Under the pieces are notes generated by a model that saw nothing but the letters and a program-made list of their open reading frames with translations, searched no databases and had not been told where the DNA came from. A stretch of DNA of 64,000 bases, taken from the NCBI GenBank assembly GCA_002841395.1, contig PGZM01000001.1, forward strand, positions 298,089-362,088, given 5' to 3'. Below are positions 27,678 through 37,036 of the stretch, piece by piece; positions within the stretch are counted from its first letter, which is position 1; each line of letters opens with the position of its first letter. The position numbers and the translations under genes were made by a program. The stretch is from Firmicutes bacterium HGW-Firmicutes-9 (lineage in GTDB: Bacteria; Bacillota; Clostridia; Christensenellales; CAG-138).

Positions 27678-28607
27678 TTACAGCTTGAAGATCGCAATAC
27701 CGATAAAAATCAGCACCGTGACGATGGTCTGCAATGATAGCGACATGGAAACATCCGCACGCTCCTGCTCGTTGTTGGTAAAGACAGTCAGGATGTACGG
27801 CGCGGGCGTCATAAACAGGATGATGACCGCCCAGCGCATTTCGTCCGTCAGCGGGATAAATGCGCCGAATACGAGCAGCGCAACCGCGCAGAGCGCGGCG
27901 CACACCAGCGTGCGCACCAGCACGGAGATTGCGGCGGTGACGAAGTTTTTGCCGGAGAACTCGATGCCGTAACCCACGACTATGAGGATCACGCAGGAGA
28001 GCGGAGCCGCGACGAAATCGCAGAGCGACTTGATGAGATCGGTCACGCCGGAGGGAGCCAGCGCACGCGAAACGCCGAGCATGGCGAGCGCAGCGCCGAT
28101 GATCATCGCCCAGGGAATCGGATTGGTCAGGAGCGCTTGCAATGATTCTTTTTTCGTGCAGCCAATGCGTGAATAGAGAACGGCGATATAGCCGGAGAAG
28201 ATGAAGAGCACGTGCCCGAAGTCCAGCGTCGCCATGTTGCGCAGGTTTTCCGCGCCGAACAACAGCGCGTAGAGCGCGTAGCCGAGCATGCCGACTTCCC
28301 AGCCGGTGGTCATGTATCGAAACATCGGGCTGCGTTTTTCGAGCGGCTTTCCGATTAGAAAGCCAAGCCCCAAGCCCGCGAATCCGAGCACGAACATCGT
28401 GACTGCGTAGACGAGGATGCTCGCGGAGTACTCCGCCGTGAAGAACAGGCTAAAGAGCAGCGCAGGCAGCGCAAATTTCATCACGAACGCTTTCATGCCG
28501 TCTATGGCCTCAGGCGAGAGAATCTCGCGTTTGCGCGCGAAAAATCCGATGCCAAGCGAGACGACGAGCGGCAGCACGACCTTCAGAATCGGGATGACCG
28601 ATTGCAT
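27678..28607 (-). CDS. AEC (auxin efflux carrier) family transporter
   Basis: 309 aa, about 10 TM, with an N-terminus typical of the AEC family: MQSVIPILKVVLPLVVSLGIGFFARKREIL. Confidence 0.65.
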   Translation of the reverse strand: MQSVIPILKVVLPLVVSLGIGFFARKREILSPEAIDGMKAFVMKFALPALLFSLFFTAEYSASILVYAVTMFVLGFAGLGLGFLIGKPLEKRSPMFRYMTTGWEVGMLGYALYALLFGAENLRNMATLDFGHVLFIFSGYIAVLYSRIGCTKKESLQALLTNPIPWAMIIGAALAMLGVSRALAPSGVTDLIKSLCDFVAAPLSCVILIVVGYGIEFSGKNFVTAAISVLVRTLVCAALCAVALLVFGAFIPLTDEMRWAVIILFMTPAPYILTVFTNNEQERADVSMSLSLQTIVTVLIFIGIAIFKL

Positions 28608-28669
28608 AACAGTTCCCCTTTCGATTGCGCGTTAGTCAAACGCCCGCCGGAAGGCGGGCGCGGTATTCG

Positions 28670-29575
28670 TTAGTCTTGTTTTGCCAGTTTGGTAACGAGC
28701 GCGATGTGCTCCGGCGTGGTACCGCAGCAACCACCCAAGCCCCATACGCCGCCCTGTGCGAGCTTTTGCATCTCGCTGGCAAAGGCGTCAGGGCCGACAA
28801 GATAGACCGTCTGACCGTCCTGATACTCCGGCAGGCCTGCGTTTGGCTGCATGACGAGCGGCTTTGTTGCGCACGCGGTGAAGCGCGGCAGCAGCGCGAC
28901 CAGCTGTTCCGGCCCAACGCCGCAGTTGCAGCCGAGCGCATCCACACCCGCTTCTTCCAGCGCGGCGACGACGGTTTCGATGGTCTCTCCTGTCATCAAT
29001 CGTCCGGCGGGGCTGTAAGTCAACGTGCAAAGAACGGGAAGACCCGCGCCGTACTGTTTTGCGGCTTTCACGCATACAAGCGCTTCATCCAGCGCGCTCA
29101 TGGTTTCGATCAAAATGCAGTCCGCGCCTGCGGCGATGCCCGCTTCGATTGGCTCACGGAAAAATGCAAGCGCTTCTTCCTCCGTCAGATCGCCCAGCGG
29201 CTCCAGAAACTCGCCCAGCGGGCCGATATCGAGCGCGGCATAGGCTGTTTTGCCGGAGGCTGCAATCGCTTCTTTCACGAGCCGAACGCCTGCTGCGGCG
29301 AGCTCAGCGGGCTTGTGGGTGATTCGCTTAAGTCGCGGTGTCGTGCTGCCGAACGTATTTGACGTGATGACGTCCGCACCCGCTGCAAGATAAGCCGCGT
29401 GGACAGCGCGCACCGCGTCTGGGTTCGTGATGTTCCAAACATCCGGCGAGGCGCCGGCGGGCAACCCCGCAGACTGCAGCATGGTGCCCATGCCGCCGTC
29501 GATGATGAGATGTTTCTTTGAAAAAGCGTCGGAAAACTGCATGATTGTCACTCCTTGTTTGGTCGATTCTAACAC
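28670..29575 (-). CDS. Homocysteine S-methyltransferase family protein
   Basis: IIDGGMGTMLQ, VITSNTF, GCNCG and GGCCGTTPEHI (Zn-binding Cys motifs). Confidence 0.85.
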   Translation of the reverse strand: MLESTKQGVTIMQFSDAFSKKHLIIDGGMGTMLQSAGLPAGASPDVWNITNPDAVRAVHAAYLAAGADVITSNTFGSTTPRLKRITHKPAELAAAGVRLVKEAIAASGKTAYAALDIGPLGEFLEPLGDLTEEEALAFFREPIEAGIAAGADCILIETMSALDEALVCVKAAKQYGAGLPVLCTLTYSPAGRLMTGETIETVVAALEEAGVDALGCNCGVGPEQLVALLPRFTACATKPLVMQPNAGLPEYQDGQTVYLVGPDAFASEMQKLAQGGVWGLGGCCGTTPEHIALVTKLAKQD

Positions 29576-29614
29576 GATATCGCCTCTTACGCAACGACTA
29601 CCGCGCGTAAGGCA

Positions 29615-29648
29615 GAAAAAAGCGGCGGGAAAGCGTCTCTCCCGCCGC
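29615..29648 (-). terminator. Intrinsic terminator after the E2-like acyltransferase gene
   Basis: Minus strand: gcggcggga-gagacgctt-tcccgccgc followed by ttttttc. Confidence 0.7.
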
Positions 29649-29664
29649 GCGATGCTTTGCTCGC

Positions 29665-30501
29665 TTATTCAAACTTTGTGTTGACGACCTTTGGCGGGCC
29701 TTCCAATAGCTCCGGATTGGCGAGATATTGCTTGAATCTGTGGAACACCGCCGCAAAATATGCGCCGGAACCGATGCGCTCGTCCATGACGATGCCCATA
29801 GGCAGACACCGCTCAAACACGATTTCCTCGCCTTTTCGAATCGGCACTTCGCGCATATTGCCGAGGGTGACAAGGAGGCTTGTCGTACCGAATTCATAGA
29901 CGTGGTGGAAAATGTGGTTCGTGCGGATGCTTGCAAGGTTGCTGATGACCATGCTCGTGTGAAACGGGCTCGCTTTGATCAGGCTCTGCGGGAGCAGTCC
30001 GTGCAGATCCATCCACTTCAGCACGCCCGCGGCGACGCTCAGAAGCCCGGGAATTTTGAGCAGCTTCTTCATCAGATCGTCCGTGGCGTTGGTTTCGCCC
30101 GTACCGCGGTTCTCGCTGATGTAGCGATCCATGGTCTCATGCACGGCAAAGATGTCGTCTTCCATTTGGAAATACATCTTGCTCATGGTTTCGTCCAGCG
30201 AGCCGGGCTTTAGCACGACCATGCCGACGGAGAATTCGTTGCGCTGATAGATGCGCTTGTTGACGATGAAGCGATTGAGCAGCGGATATTCCGCAGCCGT
30301 GCGCAGATACGCCGCGAGCACGAGACCCAGATGCGAAAAGCGGTGGCCTTGCTTGCGCTTTTCGTTGAGATACTTTTGCATGGGCGCGATCGGAATATCG
30401 ATCTCGATCATGTTCATCGAGTCGTAGCGATACTTGAGGATATAGGGGATGATCGAATAAATAGGATCCGCGTCGGTGACGCGCCTTCCGTCTTTACGCA
30501 T
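29665..30501 (-). CDS. 2-oxoacid dehydrogenase E2/CAT-like acyltransferase-fold protein (catalytic motif divergent)
   Basis: 278 aa. The C-terminal segment VMDERIGSGAYFAAVFHRFKQYL aligns by eye with the DHRxxDG region of E2 catalytic domains, but with His replaced. No lipoyl domain. Confidence 0.5.
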   Translation of the reverse strand: MRKDGRRVTDADPIYSIIPYILKYRYDSMNMIEIDIPIAPMQKYLNEKRKQGHRFSHLGLVLAAYLRTAAEYPLLNRFIVNKRIYQRNEFSVGMVVLKPGSLDETMSKMYFQMEDDIFAVHETMDRYISENRGTGETNATDDLMKKLLKIPGLLSVAAGVLKWMDLHGLLPQSLIKASPFHTSMVISNLASIRTNHIFHHVYEFGTTSLLVTLGNMREVPIRKGEEIVFERCLPMGIVMDERIGSGAYFAAVFHRFKQYLANPELLEGPPKVVNTKFE

Positions 30502-30724
30502 GTCGATACCTGCCTAACTCTTTCAACTTTATCAACAAGAATACCACATTTGTCGGGTTTTTCGCAAGTATATACCCCTGATGTGATGGCTAACAGGAGA
30601 AGAAAACCACTTACTGCGTGGATGTATATCCAAATCGTGAACTATGGGCGAATTTTCTCGCGCAGGCAGGCCAACGCAAAAAGATTGTGCTATACTAAAT
30701 CGAAAGAAATGGAGGGTTAAAACT

Positions 30725-31147
30725 ATGAAAAAACAGATCAAATCGATCGTTGTTGTAACTCTGATTCTCGCGCTCAGCCTGAGTCTGATCGGCTGCGCAG
30801 GCGCGCCGCTGCCGGAAGGCTTTGACAAAGAAGAAGTCGGCACCGCTGCAGAAGAAATCGTAGGGCTGGCGACCGCGGGTGACTTTGATTCCATCATCGC
30901 CTCCATGCGCGACGACATGAAGAACGCAGTCACGGTGGATCAGCTGAAGGAAGCCTGGGGTCCCGTCTATCAGAAAGCGGGTGCATTCGTGAGCATTAGT
31001 AAGACCGCAATGACCGGCACGACGGACAAGACGACCGGTGAAGAATACGCGGTCGTGCAAGTGCTGGTCAAGCACGAGAGCGCGAGCCTCGTCTACACGA
31101 TTTCGTTTGACAAGGACATGATGCTCGTAGGCCTCTATCTGAAATAA
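30725..31147 (+). CDS. DUF3887-like lipoprotein
   Basis: ATG at 30725 follows GGAGGG. Signal peptide and lipobox MKKQIKSIVVVTLILALSLSLIGC. Confidence 0.65.
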   Translation: MKKQIKSIVVVTLILALSLSLIGCAGAPLPEGFDKEEVGTAAEEIVGLATAGDFDSIIASMRDDMKNAVTVDQLKEAWGPVYQKAGAFVSISKTAMTGTTDKTTGEEYAVVQVLVKHESASLVYTISFDKDMMLVGLYLK

Positions 31148-31349
31148 CAAAGTGTGACAACCAGCAATTTATGTGCGGGAGGTAATCTCGTACAAAACAC
31201 ATTGGCGAAGCGGAAGAGATTCTGCTTCGCCAACTTTCGCAAAAACGGGTCAACGCTCTGCTCAAATAGCAGTTTTGCGCATTCCTATAAATTATAGTAC
31301 ACTTCTTTTGAGAGATAATGATCAATTGAACACAAGGAGAACCAATGCC

Positions 31350-32630
31350 ATGCTGACACAGGAGACCATCGAAGCCTACTGTACTTTGCTGCACCGGGAG
31401 CTGATTCCGGCAACCGGGTGCACGGAGCCAATCGCGATTGCTTATGCCGCAGCGCTTCTACATAGAACACTCGGCGCGCTGCCGGAGCGGATGGAGATTG
31501 GCGTCAGTGGCAATATTTTAAAAAACGCTAAGAGCGTGGTCGTGCCTGGCACAGGCGGCAAGAAGGGCATCGCGGCTGCTGCCGCGGCGGGAGCAGTCGC
31601 AGGCGACAGCGAACGCCTGCTGGAAGTCATCGACGGCATTTCGGATGTGCAGCGGGAGGAGATAGAAACATATCTCCATACAGCAAAACTCACGGTCAGC
31701 TGCGTGGAAGACGGGCTGACGCTTGACATTCGCATCACGGGTTATAGCGCAAGCGATTCGGCCTATGTCCGCATCGCGGGCGCGCACACCAATGTCGTGC
31801 GGATCGAACGAAACGGCGAAACGCTGCTGGATGTACCCGTCGTGCAGGCGGGGCACGAGAGTGACGCGCCGGACGCCCTCAATACGGCGGATATCGTCGC
31901 GTTTGCGGATTCGATCGATCTCGATCTCGTCCGTGCGCCGCTGATGAGACAGCTTGCGCTCAATATGGCGATTTCGGAACACGGCATGACCCAGGGCTGC
32001 GGCGCAAACATCGGACGCGTGCTGCTCTGCGAAGGGACAGGCGATCTCGTCGCCCGTGCACGCGCATATGCCGCGGCGGGATCGGATGCCCGCATGAGCG
32101 GCGCAGAGCTGCCGGTGGTGATCGTGTCCGGCTCGGGCAATCAGGGCATCACCGCGAGCGTTCCGGTTGTGATATGGGCGCGTGAGCGCGGCTTTTCGGA
32201 GGATGCACTTTTGCGCGCGTTGATCGTCTCCGATCTTGTGACCATCCATCAAAAGACAGGCATCGGCAGGCTCTCTGCATTTTGCGGCGCGGTCTGCGCG
32301 GGCTGCGGCGCGGGCGCGGGCATCGCCTACCTCGAAGGCGGCGGCTACGACGGCGTGGCGCATACGGTCGTTAACGCGCTCGCCATCATCAGCGGCATGG
32401 TCTGTGACGGGGCAAAGGCAAGCTGCGCCGCAAAGATCGCTGTTGCGGTGGACGCGGGCATCCTCGGCTATCGCATGTATACGCAGAAAAAGGAATTTCT
32501 CAGCGGAGACGGCATCGTCGTCAAAGGCGTGGATAACACCATCCGCAACATCGGGCGCCTCGCGAAAGACGGCATGCGGGAAACCGAAACCGAGATTCTC
32601 TCCATGATGCTGGAGACGGAGACGAAATAA
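31350..32630 (+). CDS. UPF0597/YhaM-family protein (serine dehydratase alpha-like; L-cysteine desulfidase family)
   Basis: ATG at 31350 follows AAGGAGA. LIPATGCTEPIAIAYAAA, SGSGNQGITASVP and CDGAKASCA motifs. Confidence 0.75.
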   Translation: MLTQETIEAYCTLLHRELIPATGCTEPIAIAYAAALLHRTLGALPERMEIGVSGNILKNAKSVVVPGTGGKKGIAAAAAAGAVAGDSERLLEVIDGISDVQREEIETYLHTAKLTVSCVEDGLTLDIRITGYSASDSAYVRIAGAHTNVVRIERNGETLLDVPVVQAGHESDAPDALNTADIVAFADSIDLDLVRAPLMRQLALNMAISEHGMTQGCGANIGRVLLCEGTGDLVARARAYAAAGSDARMSGAELPVVIVSGSGNQGITASVPVVIWARERGFSEDALLRALIVSDLVTIHQKTGIGRLSAFCGAVCAGCGAGAGIAYLEGGGYDGVAHTVVNALAIISGMVCDGAKASCAAKIAVAVDAGILGYRMYTQKKEFLSGDGIVVKGVDNTIRNIGRLAKDGMRETETEILSMMLETETK

Positions 32631-32638
32631 TAACAAAC

Positions 32639-32662
32639 AAAACGCCCTGTCGGGCGTTTTTG
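32639..32662. terminator. Bidirectional terminator between convergent genes
   Basis: aacgccc-tgtc-gggcgtt followed by ttttt, with an A-rich run upstream. Confidence 0.7.
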
Positions 32663-32677
32663 CTTGTGTTAAGATTC

Positions 32678-33358
32678 TTACGGCCAGTAGACCTGTTCCA
32701 CAAGCGATACGCTGCCGTCGCTTTCTACATGAATATAATAGAAGTAGGTTTCCAATAACAGGGATGTGTTGAGCAGGTAGATCGAGCGGAACTGCGCAGG
32801 TGTTACGGAGACGGAGATCGAATCCGCAACCGGATCGCCGTTTGGTTTGTACATAAGCTTAAGCGAGACATCGTCGATATCGATCGCGCGCAGTTGTGGA
32901 TTGGTGTTTTTCTTCACGTACTCCGAATCAGCAAAGTCCTGCACCATAGCCTCCGCCGCTGCTTGCGTATAACCCTCGTGATCGACTAAGAAATTTACGG
33001 CATCGTTGCCGCGCAGCATATCAAAATAGTCAAACTTTGCAACTCCTGTCTCGGGGTCAAACGAGATCAAATCCGCATAGCTGGAGTACATGGTGGGTCC
33101 CTTTGGCGTTGGCGATGCCGTCGGTGTTGGGGATACGGTTGGTGTTGGCGTTAATGAAACAGTCGCAACGGGCGTATCGGTCGGAGCTGGGGTTGGCGGC
33201 TCAGGGGTAACGGTCGGTGTGTCCGCAGGCGGTTCGGTTGCTGAAAGCGTCGGAGCGATTGTGGTCTGCGGGATAGCGGGCGCGGCGCACGCGGCAAGCA
33301 ACAGCATGGCAAGCGCCACAGCAAGGATAGAAAGAATGTTCCGTTTGGTATGAATCAT
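32678..33358 (-). CDS. Hypothetical lipoprotein with Pro/Thr-rich linker
   Basis: ATG at 33358. Signal peptide and lipobox MIHTKRNILSILAVALAMLLLAAC. Linker PTVTPEPPTPAPTDTPVATVSLTPTPTVSPTPTASPTP. Confidence 0.7.
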   Translation of the reverse strand: MIHTKRNILSILAVALAMLLLAACAAPAIPQTTIAPTLSATEPPADTPTVTPEPPTPAPTDTPVATVSLTPTPTVSPTPTASPTPKGPTMYSSYADLISFDPETGVAKFDYFDMLRGNDAVNFLVDHEGYTQAAAEAMVQDFADSEYVKKNTNPQLRAIDIDDVSLKLMYKPNGDPVADSISVSVTPAQFRSIYLLNTSLLLETYFYYIHVESDGSVSLVEQVYWP

Positions 33359-33435
33359 ACGATTACCCTGCCTTTCCAAATGTACTGTACAAAGTTGGAA
33401 ACAAAAAAGGAGCCGCAGCTCCTTTTTGTTTTATA

Positions 33436-34557
33436 TCACTTCACAGTGACGAGTTCATATTTCCTAGTTCCAATGCCGAGCGCTTCCGCATGATCCAGCG
33501 TGAAGGTCCAGTCCGTGTTCGGCATGGAGTCCGTGAAGTGGTCGTGGTGGCTCTCGCATTTCTCTAGATTGTCGCTCAGCCAGCTGCCTGCCATAACTGG
33601 CATGCGATTGCAGGCGTCGGCACAGGCCTGATCGAGTGCGACGGGATCAAATGAGGCGAACATGCCGACATCTGGGATGATCGGCACATCGTTCTCGCCG
33701 TGGCAATCGCAAAGCGGCGAAACCTGGGTCACGATGTTGATGTGGAAGTGCGGGCGGTTTTGCAGTACTGCGAGAGAGTATTCCGCAATCTTCTCGCAGA
33801 GCGCAAGCTCGCTGCTACCGCCGTTGTTTTCAATTGCATCAAAGTTGCACGCGCCGATGCAGCGACCGCAACCGACGCAGAGATCGTGGTTGATGCTTGC
33901 AATCTTTTTCTCATCGTAGCTGATCGCGCCGTGTGCGCACTGCTTGATGCACTGGCGGCAGGCTTTGCACATGTCGCGGTCGACCGTGGGTTTTCCGTCG
34001 CAATGCTGTTCCATCTTGCCCGCGCGCGAGCCGCTGCCCATGCCGATGTTCTTCAGCGCGCCGCCAAAGCCGGTCGCCTCGTGGCCTTTGAAATGATTGA
34101 GCGAGACAAAGATGTCCGCGTCCATGATCGCCTGACCGATTTTCGCTTCTGTGACGTGCTTGGTGCCGGTCAGCGGCACGAGCTTTTCGTCAAGTCCCTT
34201 GAGGCCGTCTGCGATGATGACCTGACAGCCCGTGGAGGCGACGGAGAATCCGTTTTCCGCGGCGGCGTCGAGGTGCTCCAGCGCGTTTTTTCGGCGGCCG
34301 GGGTAGAGGGTGTTGCAGTCGGTCAAAAACGGTTTGCCGCCTTTGGCGCGGATGACGTCCACGACCGCGCGCGCAAAGTTCGGGCGCAGGAACGAGAGGT
34401 TGCCCGGCTCGCCGAAATGGATTTTGATGGCGACAAAGCGATCTTTAAAATCGATGGTCTCGATGCCCGCGCGCTTGATGAGCCGCTGGAGCTTCACCGT
34501 CAGCGGGCTGTCGAAGGTTGTTCTTAAATTGGTAAAATATACTTTGGAAGGCTGCAT
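33436..34557 (-). CDS. DUF362 domain protein with 2x[4Fe-4S] ferredoxin insert
   Basis: MQPSKVYFTNLRT start (ATG at 34557). CKACRQCIKQCAHGA and CVGCGRCIGACNFDA motifs. Confidence 0.75.
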   Translation of the reverse strand: MQPSKVYFTNLRTTFDSPLTVKLQRLIKRAGIETIDFKDRFVAIKIHFGEPGNLSFLRPNFARAVVDVIRAKGGKPFLTDCNTLYPGRRKNALEHLDAAAENGFSVASTGCQVIIADGLKGLDEKLVPLTGTKHVTEAKIGQAIMDADIFVSLNHFKGHEATGFGGALKNIGMGSGSRAGKMEQHCDGKPTVDRDMCKACRQCIKQCAHGAISYDEKKIASINHDLCVGCGRCIGACNFDAIENNGGSSELALCEKIAEYSLAVLQNRPHFHINIVTQVSPLCDCHGENDVPIIPDVGMFASFDPVALDQACADACNRMPVMAGSWLSDNLEKCESHHDHFTDSMPNTDWTFTLDHAEALGIGTRKYELVTVK

Positions 34558-34758
34558 TGAACTGTTATCTCCTCGAAGAAGGATTTTCACTCTTAGCGAA
34601 TACTAGAATGATAGCACGAATGTTCCGATAGAACAACCCGTTCAGGTATTGCGTTTTTCGTCGAGAAACGATATGATTCTTCGTTGAATAGTTTGATTTG
34701 CAGACAGTACAATTGGCTTAGGAGCTACTCTTGCGCTGGCTAGCGAGAAACGGAAACG

Positions 34759-35754
34759 GTGAAAAGAAGAGTCATGTCACACACACATCAAAAGGGGCAC
34801 GGGATTGGTGCCATCATGCTGCTCTCCGCGTCCCTCATCTGGGGCGTCGCATTCGTTGCGCAGAGCGCAGGCATGCAGTATGTCGGCCCTTATACGTTTA
34901 CCGCCACGCGGAGTGTGCTTGCCGCGCTTGGGCTGGGTATCCTGATCCTGATCCTCGATAAAACGGGCATGAAGTCAAAGAATACCGACAAAAAAGTGCT
35001 CTGGCGCGCGGGTATCATCCTCGGCGTCGTGATGACAATCGCCAGCAATCTCCAGCAGGTGGGGCTTTTGACTACGTCCGCGGGCAAGGCAGGGTTTATC
35101 ACCTCGCTTTATATCGTTCTTGTGCCGATGTTTGGGCTGTTTCTGAAACGCAGACCGCATCCGATGACCTGGATCAGTGTGTTGATCGCACTGGTCGGCT
35201 TGTATTTCCTCTCGATCCGCGGCGATTTCACGATGAGTCAGGGCGACCTGCTCGTGCTTGCTTCCGCGCTTGCGTTCACGGTGCAGATCCTGCTCGTCGA
35301 TCATTACTCGCCTAAGGTCGATATCATCCGTCTCAACTGCATTCAGTTCAGCGTGATGGCGATTCTCTCGGCTATACCGATGATGATATTGGAGCAGCCG
35401 AAGATGCCTGCCATCTCAGACGCGTGGCTGACCATCGTCTACGCGGGTCTTTTCTCCGGCTGCGGCGCGTATACGCTGCAAATGATGGGGCAACGGCGCG
35501 TGGAGCCTGCAACGGCGTCGCTGCTGCTCAGCCCTGAGAACGTGTTTTCCGCGCTCGCGGGCTGGGTGATTCTCGGCCAAACGCTGAGTTTGCGAGAGCT
35601 GTTCGGCTGCGCGCTTGTGTTTGCGGCGATCATTTCTTCTCAGCTGCCGTGGAGAAAGTGGTTTGGTAGCCGCGCGATTTCATCGGAAGCAATTCCGGTG
35701 CTGGCGGCTGAAATCGAGGCGGTGCAGGCGGAAGCTATACAGAGTGAAATCTGA
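34759..35754 (+). CDS. DMT/EamA-family transporter
   Basis: 10 TM. GAIMLLSASLIWGVAFVAQ and a second EamA repeat. Start uncertain (GTG at 34759 or ATG at 34774). Confidence 0.8.
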   Translation: MKRRVMSHTHQKGHGIGAIMLLSASLIWGVAFVAQSAGMQYVGPYTFTATRSVLAALGLGILILILDKTGMKSKNTDKKVLWRAGIILGVVMTIASNLQQVGLLTTSAGKAGFITSLYIVLVPMFGLFLKRRPHPMTWISVLIALVGLYFLSIRGDFTMSQGDLLVLASALAFTVQILLVDHYSPKVDIIRLNCIQFSVMAILSAIPMMILEQPKMPAISDAWLTIVYAGLFSGCGAYTLQMMGQRRVEPATASLLLSPENVFSALAGWVILGQTLSLRELFGCALVFAAIISSQLPWRKWFGSRAISSEAIPVLAAEIEAVQAEAIQSEI

Positions 35755-35780
35755 TCTGATAAGAATACAATCAGAAAGAA

Positions 35781-35806
35781 AGCAAGGTTATCGCCTTGCT
35801 TTTTTT
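35781..35806 (+). terminator. Intrinsic terminator after the DMT gene
   Basis: agcaagg-ttatcg-ccttgct followed by tttttt. Confidence 0.75.
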
Positions 35807-35829
35807 GTGGTTTTCCGTATGATGATACT

Positions 35830-36729
35830 ATGCAAAACGAAGATCGAGACACGCGAACAACAGAAGAATTGAATGATAAGCTCCTCGTCGTCTCCGTAGG
35901 TACGCACACGCGTCTCGGAGACGTGCTGGAGTTCGCATTGTCGGAGATTGACTTTGAGACGCAAAACGTTGAGGGCTTTTTACGCGTCAACCATATTAAT
36001 CGCCGCGTGCTCTTTGCTGTCAGCACGGATGCGACGGGCGAGAACGCGAAACTGCGTGAACTTGCGGCAAATATAAAAGCAAATGCGCTCGAACATTGCG
36101 TCTGCGCGGCGATTGCGGACGGCGCGACAGGCGGGGAAGCGCATCTGGACATGATTCGCCTACTGCGCGCGGCAAATGCCGCAGGCGCAAGCGTCATTCC
36201 TAAGCCACTACTGGAAAGCGGACGCGGGCTACGGCAGTTCGCGCACGGCAAAGAGACGCCGTTTGTGCAGTATCGCATGCAAGCGCGGGAGTTGATCGCG
36301 CGGCTCCATGGTGCGCAAACGGAAACAAACGAGAACCCGCGCGTGCGGCTCGTCACTGCGTTGGAGGGCGGCGTCGCGCATGACTGGCGTGAATATCTAT
36401 CCCGACTGATCGAATCCAAAGGCGGCGAGCTGCTGGATATCGGAGAAACAGACGAAACCATACTCCTCTGCGAAAACACGGAAGGCCTGCCGAACGACAA
36501 GACGTTGTTACTCCTAGCTGGTTCCGGTAGGTTGCGAATATTGCTTGCTTCACCCGCCACAGGCAGCGAACTCTACACCGCTTGCCTGATCAAACGTGCA
36601 TGTCTGCGCGGTAACTACATGATCCCGCCGCGTGCCATACTTGTGTTTGACGGCATGAGCGCTGTTGAGACGATGGCGAGCAAGGCGGAGATGGATCGAG
36701 TGAAGGCGCATCTTGAATACGGCGTGTAA
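35830..36729 (+). CDS. Hypothetical protein (299 aa)
   Basis: Balanced amino-acid composition, unlike the Ser/Arg/Ala-rich antisense ORF 35640-36560. Followed by a terminator. No clear RBS at 35830, and no recognisable family. Confidence 0.5.
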   Translation: MQNEDRDTRTTEELNDKLLVVSVGTHTRLGDVLEFALSEIDFETQNVEGFLRVNHINRRVLFAVSTDATGENAKLRELAANIKANALEHCVCAAIADGATGGEAHLDMIRLLRAANAAGASVIPKPLLESGRGLRQFAHGKETPFVQYRMQARELIARLHGAQTETNENPRVRLVTALEGGVAHDWREYLSRLIESKGGELLDIGETDETILLCENTEGLPNDKTLLLLAGSGRLRILLASPATGSELYTACLIKRACLRGNYMIPPRAILVFDGMSAVETMASKAEMDRVKAHLEYGV

Positions 36730-36765
36730 AGCCGACAAAACCCAACGAAGAAACGAATCAAACAA

Positions 36766-36797
36766 AAAGCGCATATCGGTCTCGATATGCGCTTTCA
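36766..36797. terminator. Bidirectional terminator
   Basis: aaagcgcatatcg-gtct-cgatatgcgcttt. Confidence 0.7.
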
Positions 36798-36809
36798 ATT
36801 GAATGGGCG

Positions 36810-36962
36810 TTATACATTGCGCTGCTTACGCTTGCGGAGCAGCAAGTAAATCACCACACCGATTATGGCAACCGCAGCCAGACCTACGAGAGGCCAATTG
36901 ACAGAGGAAGCGACAAAGATTGCGGTTGGTCCATCCGCTCCTCCAATGATACCGATATCCAT
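36810..36962 (-). CDS. Small (50-aa) membrane protein, below the ORF-track length cutoff
   Basis: Hand translation: MDIGIIGGADGPTAIFVASSVNWPLVGLAAVAIIGVVIYLLLRKRKQRNV*. AAGGAG lies 12 nt upstream. One TM helix plus a basic tail. Confidence 0.5.
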   Translation of the reverse strand: MDIGIIGGADGPTAIFVASSVNWPLVGLAAVAIIGVVIYLLLRKRKQRNV

Positions 36963-37036
36963 AAAATAAAGAGTCTCCTTACTTTTTGATCGGACATCAT
37001 TCTACAACAAATGCCGATATCATGCAAAAGAGCGGA

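Noticed and set aside
31518-32636. 372-aa minus-strand ORF
   Set aside because: Antisense to the UPF0597/YhaM-family gene. Arg/Ala/Asp-rich artefact.
35640-36560. 306-aa minus-strand ORF competing with 35830-36729 (+)
   Set aside because: Ser/Arg/Ala-rich and low complexity. The + strand protein has a balanced composition and is bracketed by terminators. The + call still carries only moderate confidence.
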